Shown here piece after piece: positions 57,684-64,000 of a DNA stretch of 64,000 nucleotides. Positions within the stretch are counted from its first letter, which is position 1. Each line of letters begins with the position of its first letter. The stretch covers positions 604,619-668,618 of the forward strand of contig CP064958.1 of the NCBI GenBank assembly GCA_016699085.1, given 5' to 3'. The DNA comes from Candidatus Nomurabacteria bacterium (GTDB lineage: Bacteria > Patescibacteriota > Minisyncoccia > Phycocordibacterales > UBA9973). Under the pieces are notes generated by a model. The model was not told the origin of the DNA, searched no databases, and saw nothing but the letters and a program-made list of their open reading frames with translations. The translations under genes and the position numbers were made by a program.

Positions 57684-58904
57684 TTGCTATACTCTATGTA
57701 TCGTATGGGATTTTTTTCTTCATCAAGTGGCAGAGGCAATCGTGTACTTATTCTTGATATCAGATCATCAAGTGTAGGTGGCGCGCTTGTTGAGTACAAA
57801 GAACCTTCTCATGGTCAAGGCAAAACATTGCCGAGTATTATCTATACCACTCGCAAAGATTTGATTTTCCAGGAAGATCTTAACTTCGAAATCTTCCTGG
57901 AAATGATGCTCAAGTCGCTCGAGGAAGTAGTGGTCGATGTACTCCACGCAAAGCTTGGTGCACCGAGCGCTATCTACTGCGTTCTTGCGTCTCCATGGTA
58001 CGCATCACAGACACGAGTAGTCACGCTCGCAAAAAATACACCGTTTATTTTTACAAAAAAGTTTGCGCAGGAATTGATAGACAAAGAAATAGCTTTATTT
58101 CAAAGCGAACAAGTAACTAAGTACCAAGAACTCGGACAAGCAGTTCGCACAATTGAAGAACAGACCATCGAAGTTGCCTTAAACGGCTATAGCGTCAAAG
58201 ATCCGATTGGTAAGCAGGCGCGGGAGCTATCGATGACGCTTTTTTTGAGCTTTTCTCCAGAGGTTGTTATCAAGGCGATTGAAAATAGTATCCATAAACA
58301 TTTTCATAATAGGCACATAGCGTATTACACGTTTGCGTTTGCCTCATTTATTACACTACGAGATCTTTTTATGAATGAGGATACGTTTTTACTTGTAGAC
58401 GTTGGAGGAGAAATAACAGATATATCGATTGTTAAAAATGACCTTTTGTTGCAGTCAGTTTCTTTCCCTTTTGGTAAGAACTTTTTACTTAGAAAAATCA
58501 GTAAAGCGCTCGGCAAGTCTGGTGGGGAAGCATTGTCGCTCTACCGTATGTATGCAGATATGAAATTGGAGAAAAATACGATTGATCAATTGGCAAAAAT
58601 TCTAGCAGAAGCCCGCGTCGAGTGGTTAACACAGTTCCAGCATTCGTTGGAAGACATTAGTAAGGAGTTTACTTTGCCGGATACAATTTTTATGACAGCT
58701 GATCGTGACACTGTCTCCTGGTTTGTCGACACGCTCCATGCTGAGGAATTCCATCAATACACGAGTACCAAAAGCACATTTAAAATAGTAACGCTTACGC
58801 CGCAGCTTGTGAGTGAATATATTCATTTTGGTTCAGATATGCCGAGAGATTTGGCAATAATGCTCGAAACTATTTTCCTTACTCGAATAAAAGGTGTAAA
58901 ATAG
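57684..58904 (+). CDS. Actin-fold ATPase of the PilM/FtsA-like family.
   Basis: VLILDIRSSSVGGALVE (phosphate-1-like) and VDVGGEITDISIV (phosphate-2-like) motifs. Confidence 0.5.
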   Translation: MLYSMYRMGFFSSSSGRGNRVLILDIRSSSVGGALVEYKEPSHGQGKTLPSIIYTTRKDLIFQEDLNFEIFLEMMLKSLEEVVVDVLHAKLGAPSAIYCVLASPWYASQTRVVTLAKNTPFIFTKKFAQELIDKEIALFQSEQVTKYQELGQAVRTIEEQTIEVALNGYSVKDPIGKQARELSMTLFLSFSPEVVIKAIENSIHKHFHNRHIAYYTFAFASFITLRDLFMNEDTFLLVDVGGEITDISIVKNDLLLQSVSFPFGKNFLLRKISKALGKSGGEALSLYRMYADMKLEKNTIDQLAKILAEARVEWLTQFQHSLEDISKEFTLPDTIFMTADRDTVSWFVDTLHAEEFHQYTSTKSTFKIVTLTPQLVSEYIHFGSDMPRDLAIMLETIFLTRIKGVK

Positions 58905-58908
58905 AACT

Positions 58909-60309
58909 ATGCCTAAAAAAATTGTTGAAGATATGGTCAAATCAAACAAACGTGAGCCGTCAGTATTTTTTTCTGAATTGGCAAAAGCAACAAATAAAAA
59001 TTTAAGTGGCATGACACCACAAAAAACTATTCCTGTTGGAGAGGTGACTCCACCTTTACCACAAGCTCCAATGCAGTTTGAGCCTATGGTGCAAAAAGCA
59101 GCAATACCCACTCCTGTTCTATTATCGAAACCAATACCACCAGTTCAAAGGCCGCCAGCAGGAAGAAAACTTCATCCTGGAGCTATGCTCTGGACTGTAG
59201 CTGGACTCACGGTCGTTATCTTGCTATTCGCACTCTCCTTCCTTTTCTCAGGAGCAACAGTAACGGTAAAGCCAAAAAAAGTATCACTTGATTTGGTAAG
59301 TGATTTTACTGCCAACAAAGATGCTGTTATGCCGACATTGCCATTTCAACTCATGGCCATAACTGCTGATCAGACTATTGATGTACCTGCTACAAGTAGC
59401 ACAACTGAAAGTAAGAAAGCAACAGGACGCGTGATTTTATATAATGCCTACAGTGCATCTCCACAAAATTTATTGATTAATACGAGGTTAGAAGCGGCGT
59501 CAAATAATAAAATTTACTTTACTGATACGGCAGTTGTTATACCAGGGCAAACGGTTAAAAACGGTCAAAAGATTCCAGGTCAGATTGAAATTGCTGTGAC
59601 GGCCACTGAGCCCGGTCCAGAGTACAATACTGATTTGACGGATTTCACCATAGTTGGTTTTAAGGGTACGTCAAAATACACAGGCTACTACGGTAGATCA
59701 AAAACAGAAATAACAGGTGGCACCTCAGGCCTGGTCAATACAATTACTCCAGAAGCTGCAACAGCGGCATATACTGACGTATCAACCAAGCTAGAGAAAA
59801 CACTTGCTGATCGTATTCGCAATGAATTACCTGAAGGATTCGTACTGTTTGATGACGCATTGTTTATAACTCTTGATTCAAAAGTACCGCCTACTCAATC
59901 ATCTGAACCGGCTATACCAGTTACCGCAAGTGGCAGTGCGCAAGCTTTTATCTTTAAAAAGACCGATCTCTACCAGACTATTGCTAAATCATTAGTTCCG
60001 AACTTCGATGAATTGCCAGTAACTATTCCTAACCTAGATTCTTTGTCGTTTACACTTACTAATAAAGCAACAATGAATCCAAAGTCTGTCACATCAGTTT
60101 CGTTCACTCTCGGTGGTCAAACAAACATTGTATGGGATGTTGCTAGTGAAGAAATCATTGATAGTTTACTTGATAAGAAAAAAAGAGATTTTGAAAGTAT
60201 TATGAGTACCTATAAAAATATTGATAGTGCATTGGTCGTACTGCGGCCATTTTGGCAGACGACATTTCCGAGTAAACGCGAGGCTATCCATGTGCTACTC
60301 TCTGAATAG
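58909..60309 (+). CDS. Bitopic membrane protein (cytoplasmic Pro-rich N-terminus, one TM, ~330-aa extracytoplasmic domain), likely partner of the upstream actin-fold ATPase.
   Basis: Single TM MLWTVAGLTVVILLFALSFLF; 4-nt gap to the upstream gene. Confidence 0.5.
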   Translation: MPKKIVEDMVKSNKREPSVFFSELAKATNKNLSGMTPQKTIPVGEVTPPLPQAPMQFEPMVQKAAIPTPVLLSKPIPPVQRPPAGRKLHPGAMLWTVAGLTVVILLFALSFLFSGATVTVKPKKVSLDLVSDFTANKDAVMPTLPFQLMAITADQTIDVPATSSTTESKKATGRVILYNAYSASPQNLLINTRLEAASNNKIYFTDTAVVIPGQTVKNGQKIPGQIEIAVTATEPGPEYNTDLTDFTIVGFKGTSKYTGYYGRSKTEITGGTSGLVNTITPEAATAAYTDVSTKLEKTLADRIRNELPEGFVLFDDALFITLDSKVPPTQSSEPAIPVTASGSAQAFIFKKTDLYQTIAKSLVPNFDELPVTIPNLDSLSFTLTNKATMNPKSVTSVSFTLGGQTNIVWDVASEEIIDSLLDKKKRDFESIMSTYKNIDSALVVLRPFWQTTFPSKREAIHVLLSE

Positions 60310-60376
60310 AGGAATTATGCCCATATATTGCTTGACTCTTCTAGTTATTTTTGTTAAGGTTGTATTTGTTTAAAAC

Positions 60377-60592
60377 ATGAGTGAAAAAAGCGAAGAAATA
60401 CGAATGGGAACTATCACAGAAGCATTACCAAATACGCTTTTTCGTGTGGCATTTGATGAGGTAGGAGAGCCAACGTTGGCATATCTTTCCGGTAAAATGC
60501 GGATGCACCGAATCAAAGTATTACTTGGAGATAAAGTGGAAGTTGTCATTGATCCATATGGCGGCAAAGGACGTATTGTCAAAAGATTATAA
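60377..60592 (+). CDS. infA: Translation initiation factor IF-1.
   Basis: S1-like OB fold ...GKMRMHRIKVLLGDKVEV... Confidence 0.9.
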   Translation: MSEKSEEIRMGTITEALPNTLFRVAFDEVGEPTLAYLSGKMRMHRIKVLLGDKVEVVIDPYGGKGRIVKRL

Positions 60593-60687
60593 ATAGGTTA
60601 TTATGTACTCTCACTCATTCATGACGTGAAAGTAAGTTACTAATTAAGGGACATACCCTTAATTTTCAATTGATTAATCATTTTATT

Positions 60688-60798
60688 ATGAAAGTACGCT
60701 CAAGGGTAAAAAAAATGTGCGCGAAATGTAAAATTGTTAGCAGAAAAGGTCATTTTCGCGTCATTTGTGATAACCCAAAGCATAAGCAAAAACAGTAA
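60688..60798 (+). CDS. rpmJ: 50S ribosomal protein L36.
   Basis: [36 protein letters not shown] (C-x2-C-x12-C-x4-H zinc ribbon); below the ORF-track size cutoff, found by reading the sequence. Confidence 0.85.
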   Translation: MKVRSRVKKMCAKCKIVSRKGHFRVICDNPKHKQKQ

Positions 60799-60800
60799 TT

Positions 60801-61181
60801 ATGAGAATTCTTGGTATTACAATTCCGAATGAAAAGCGATTGGAGATTGGACTGACGTCTCTTTTTGGTATAGGTATTTCTCGAGCTCGATCTATCTTGG
60901 ATGAAGTCAAGATTGCTCACAATATTAAAGCCGGTACACTTACCGTTGATGAAGAAAATAAAATTAGAAAAATCGTTGAAGGTCTAAAAATTGAAGGCAA
61001 TCTAAAGCGTGAAGTCGCTGCAAATATCAAACGACTTAAAGATATCAAAGCGTACCGAGGTGTTCGCCACATGAGACGTTTACCTGTTCGTGGACAACGT
61101 ACGAAGACAAACTCCCGAACTATTCGAGGCAATGTCCGAAAAACCATGGCATCAGGCCGACGTAAGACTGAGAAAACCTAA
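60801..61181 (+). CDS. rpsM: 30S ribosomal protein S13.
   Basis: MRILGITIPNEKRLEIGLTSLFGIG... Confidence 0.95.
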   Translation: MRILGITIPNEKRLEIGLTSLFGIGISRARSILDEVKIAHNIKAGTLTVDEENKIRKIVEGLKIEGNLKREVAANIKRLKDIKAYRGVRHMRRLPVRGQRTKTNSRTIRGNVRKTMASGRRKTEKT

Positions 61182-61197
61182 TCAATAATTATTTAGT

Positions 61198-61641
61198 ATG
61201 GGAAAGAAAAAAATTATAACCAAAGAGAAAGATGCAGAAACTGCTGTTGAAGGAGAAGTCAAAGTAGCTGCAGCACCAAAAGTACCAAAGAAAAAGGTAG
61301 TGTCTTCAACGCTCCACGTTGAGGCAACATTTAATAATACGAAGGTGGTACTTTCAGATAAGTCAGGTAATACGCTCTTTTGGTCATCAGCAGGGTCTCT
61401 CGGGTTTAAGGGTGCTAAGAAAGGTACACCATTTGCCGCTGCTAAAGTTGGTGAAGTGTTGGCAGACAAAGCGTTGGCGCTTGGTATTAAAGACTTTGAT
61501 GTGATTATTAAAGGTGTTGGCTCTGGTCGGGAATCAGCAGTGCGCGCATTTATGGCTCGAGGATTTGAGCTTACTGGTATTAAAGATATGACGCCAGTGC
61601 CGCACAACGGCCCAAAGCAAAAGAAGCCACGACGAGTGTAA
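61198..61641 (+). CDS. rpsK: 30S ribosomal protein S11.
   Basis: ...HVEATFNNTKVVLSDKSGNTLFWSSAGSLGFKGAKKGTPFAA... Confidence 0.95.
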   Translation: MGKKKIITKEKDAETAVEGEVKVAAAPKVPKKKVVSSTLHVEATFNNTKVVLSDKSGNTLFWSSAGSLGFKGAKKGTPFAAAKVGEVLADKALALGIKDFDVIIKGVGSGRESAVRAFMARGFELTGIKDMTPVPHNGPKQKKPRRV

Positions 61642-61650
61642 TATATTTTT

Positions 61651-62253
61651 ATGATAACAGGACCAAAATACAAAATTTGCAGACGATTAGGCTCACATGT
61701 GTTTGAAAAATGTCAAACGCAGAAATTTTCAGTTTCTGAAGGCAAGCGAGTTAGAAGTGACAAGCGACCAAAGCAGCTTTCTGATTTCGGTGCGCAACTC
61801 TTGGAGAAGCAGCGTATTCGATTTAGTTACGGTATAGCTGAAAAACAATTTAGAAACTATGTCGACAAAGCCATAGCAGTCAAAGGTGTACCAACAACAG
61901 AGAAAATATACGAGCTACTTGAAAGTCGTTTAGACAATGCTGTCTATCGTATGGGACTTGCACACACCAGATCACTTGCACGTCAGATCGTTTCTCATGG
62001 GCATATGGTAGTGAACGGCAAGCGTACCACAGTACCATCACAGCATATCAAGAAAGGCGACGTCATTACTATTCGTGAAGGCAGTCGCAGCAGTGTGCTT
62101 TTTGCTGAACTTGATAAGAAGCTTAAGAATTACACTTCGCCATCATGGATTTCATTTGACCCTACTTCGATGGAAGGCAAGGTAGTCGGCATACCAAAAG
62201 GCAGCGATCCAGTCCTTAACTTTTCCGCTGTGCTTCAATTTTATAGTCGTTAA
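61651..62253 (+). CDS. rpsD: 30S ribosomal protein S4.
   Basis: MITGPKYKICRRLG... and S4 RNA-binding domain. Confidence 0.95.
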   Translation: MITGPKYKICRRLGSHVFEKCQTQKFSVSEGKRVRSDKRPKQLSDFGAQLLEKQRIRFSYGIAEKQFRNYVDKAIAVKGVPTTEKIYELLESRLDNAVYRMGLAHTRSLARQIVSHGHMVVNGKRTTVPSQHIKKGDVITIREGSRSSVLFAELDKKLKNYTSPSWISFDPTSMEGKVVGIPKGSDPVLNFSAVLQFYSR

Positions 62254-62281
62254 CTATTATTAATTAATTTTTTGATAACGT

Positions 62282-63268
62282 ATGTCTGATCATAACATCA
62301 TGTTACCGTCAAAGCCTCGAGTTGTTTCTGAGACTGACCTCAAAGGAGTATATGAGATTGATAATCTCTACCCTGGGTATGGCCACACGCTCGGCAATAG
62401 CCTCAGGCGCATCATCCTCTCCTCGCTCTCTGGAGCTGCTATTACTTCGATAAAAATCGAAGGTGTTTCGCATGAATTTTCTACAATCGAAGGTGTCAAA
62501 GAGGACGTCATTATGATTTTGCTTAATTTGAAAAAAGTTCGCTTCAAAATTTCAGGCGATGAATCTCAAGAGGTAACACTAGAAGTCAAAGGTCCAAAAG
62601 CTATTACCGCTTCCGATATCACATGTCCTGGGCAGGTTGAAGTACTCACACCTGAGCAGTATATTTGTGAAATCACAGGTAAAGTAAAGATCAGCATGAC
62701 GCTACGTATTGAAAAAGGTCTTGGCTTTGTTCCAAAGGATGTACATCAAAAAGACAAAACTGAAATTGGTACAATCGCGCTCGACGCTATCTATAGTCCA
62801 ATTCGTCGCGTTGGTTATGAAGTTGAAAACATGCGTGTAGGGGACAAGACTAACCACAATCGTCTTCGTATGGTAATCGAAACTGATGGTACAATATCGC
62901 CACGTGAGGCACTTCAGAAATCAATCGAAATCATGATCATACAGCTTAAGGCAATATTTGACTTCAAGTTTGAAGAGGAGACAGAACCAGTGGCAGTGAA
63001 AGCACGTAAAGCAGATGATGCTACTCCTGCTCTAGCTGAAACTGATGCTGACAACAAAGAGGATGTTGCTGAAGTTCTAAAAACTCGTATTGATACGCTC
63101 ACGCTCTCATCTCGAACACTAAACGCTCTTACCGCTGCAAATATCCGAACGATTGGTGGCGTTGCCCGTAAGCGAAAAGATGATCTCTTGGAGATCGAGG
63201 GTATCGGTGAAAAGGGAATTCAAGAAATTAAGCGAATATTATCAAATTACGGCCTTACGCTTAAATAA
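62282..63268 (+). CDS. rpoA: DNA-directed RNA polymerase alpha subunit.
   Basis: N-terminal dimerisation domain (GYGHTLGNSLRRILLSS) and C-terminal alpha-CTD (LSSRTLNALT...). Confidence 0.95.
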   Translation: MSDHNIMLPSKPRVVSETDLKGVYEIDNLYPGYGHTLGNSLRRIILSSLSGAAITSIKIEGVSHEFSTIEGVKEDVIMILLNLKKVRFKISGDESQEVTLEVKGPKAITASDITCPGQVEVLTPEQYICEITGKVKISMTLRIEKGLGFVPKDVHQKDKTEIGTIALDAIYSPIRRVGYEVENMRVGDKTNHNRLRMVIETDGTISPREALQKSIEIMIIQLKAIFDFKFEEETEPVAVKARKADDATPALAETDADNKEDVAEVLKTRIDTLTLSSRTLNALTAANIRTIGGVARKRKDDLLEIEGIGEKGIQEIKRILSNYGLTLK

Positions 63269-63289
63269 TTGTCAGTTTAATGTATTTGT

Positions 63290-63643
63290 ATGCGACACCA
63301 CAATAACGTCAGAAAATTTGGAAGAACAACAGGAGCAAGAAGTGCACTTATGAAGTCCCTCGCACTCTCGCTTATTACTCATGGTAGAATCACGACAACA
63401 CTTGCTAAGGCCAAAGAGCTTCGCCCATACGTTGAGAAGATTGTTACCAAAGGTAAAACAGCCAATACTGGTAGCAAGCGCCTCGTTATTGCGAAGCTTG
63501 TCAATCGCAAAACAGAAGTCAAAAAGCTTTTTGACGAGATTGTGCCAAAGTATAAAACTAGAAATGGTGGGTATACTCGTATTCTGAAATTGCCGCCACG
63601 CCTAAGCGATAGCAGTAAGATGGCTATTATTGAATTTGTGTAA
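63290..63643 (+). CDS. rplQ: 50S ribosomal protein L17.
   Basis: MRHHNNVRKFGRTTGARSALMKSLALSLITHGRITTT... Confidence 0.95.
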   Translation: MRHHNNVRKFGRTTGARSALMKSLALSLITHGRITTTLAKAKELRPYVEKIVTKGKTANTGSKRLVIAKLVNRKTEVKKLFDEIVPKYKTRNGGYTRILKLPPRLSDSSKMAIIEFV

Positions 63644-63673
63644 TTTTAAATACTACGCTAGTATACAAACGCT

Positions 63674-64000
63674 ATGAACCACACTATCGATGCCACAAAC
63701 CAATCAGTCGGACGAGTTGCAAGCAAAGCAGCGGTATTTCTCCTTGGTAAAAATGAAGTAGGCTCAAAGAAGAATGAAGTAATTAATGTAATGGTAACGA
63801 TAACGAACGCTTCTAAAGCAGCACTTACACCTAAGAAACTGCTCACGACCATGTATGCTAACTATACTGGTTTTCCTGGAGGTTTTTCTGAAAAAAGCAT
63901 GGGCGAAATAATCAAACGCAAAGGCCATGCAGAAATTTTCAAGCAAGCAATATACGGTATGATTCCAGCAAACAAGCTCCGAAGTAAGATTATGAAGCAT
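63674..64000 (+). CDS. rplM: 50S ribosomal protein L13, 3'-truncated at window end.
   Basis: MNHTIDATNQSVGRVASKAAVFLLGKNEV... L13-like; runs off the window. Confidence 0.8.
   Translation, partial: MNHTIDATNQSVGRVASKAAVFLLGKNEVGSKKNEVINVMVTITNASKAALTPKKLLTTMYANYTGFPGGFSEKSMGEIIKRKGHAEIFKQAIYGMIPANKLRSKIMKH

Overview
This 64-kb window reads as a low-GC, small-genome bacterium with Gram-positive-type hallmarks: a Cheo-type LexA box, a truncated AlaRS, and giant Gly/Thr-rich surface proteins. That is consistent with a Patescibacteria/CPR-like or other low-GC lineage, but I cannot prove the taxonomy from sequence alone. The window has three parts.

(1) An accessory-looking cell-surface cluster. 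It holds a giant β-helix-like protein that is 5'-truncated at the window edge, a 379-aa secreted protein sharing its ~170-aa C-terminal domain, a signal-peptide protein with a C-terminal transmembrane (TM) anchor, and a Cys-repeat/CarboxypepD_reg-like protein. It also contains an exact ~1.6-kb tandem duplication whose second copy carries two homopolymer frameshifts.

(2) A housekeeping core, mostly division and peptidoglycan genes. These are PBP2, greA, lysS, an LpxC-like deacetylase divergent from the mraZ-rsmH-ftsL-ftsI cluster, and lexA. Further on are trxB, ftsZ, ftsA, ybeY, rpsU, a PriA-like gene, murA carrying an N-terminal XRE helix-turn-helix (HTH) domain, murB, murE, a murC/mpl-like gene, and murF. 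Then follow mreB, holB, frr, rseP, typA, mltG, a DnaQ-like exonuclease, mnmA, pepF, a short alaS, and infA-rpmJ-rpsM-rpsK-rpsD-rpoA-rplQ-rplM.

(3) Between ftsI and lexA sits a tRNA-Glu(CUC) with a GIY-YIG gene inserted at its 5' side, flanked by 14-nt direct repeats and a partial tRNA copy. It is followed by an AT-rich islet encoding a protein with a C-terminal HEPN-like Rx4H motif, an XRE regulator and two unknown proteins; this is a candidate defence or toxin module.

The regulatory sites I could read directly are these. There is a sigma70-like mraZ promoter with 10-bp-phased GTGGG repeats (an MraZ-box-like operator). There is a GAAC-N4-GTTC LexA box lying exactly in the 17-nt spacer of the lexA promoter. 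There is a perfect 18-bp palindrome filling the 34-bp divergent murA/murB intergenic region, which makes the HTH-MurA fusion a plausible autoregulator; I consider this the most unusual testable hypothesis in the window. Finally there are several intrinsic terminators. I found no rRNA genes or CRISPR arrays.
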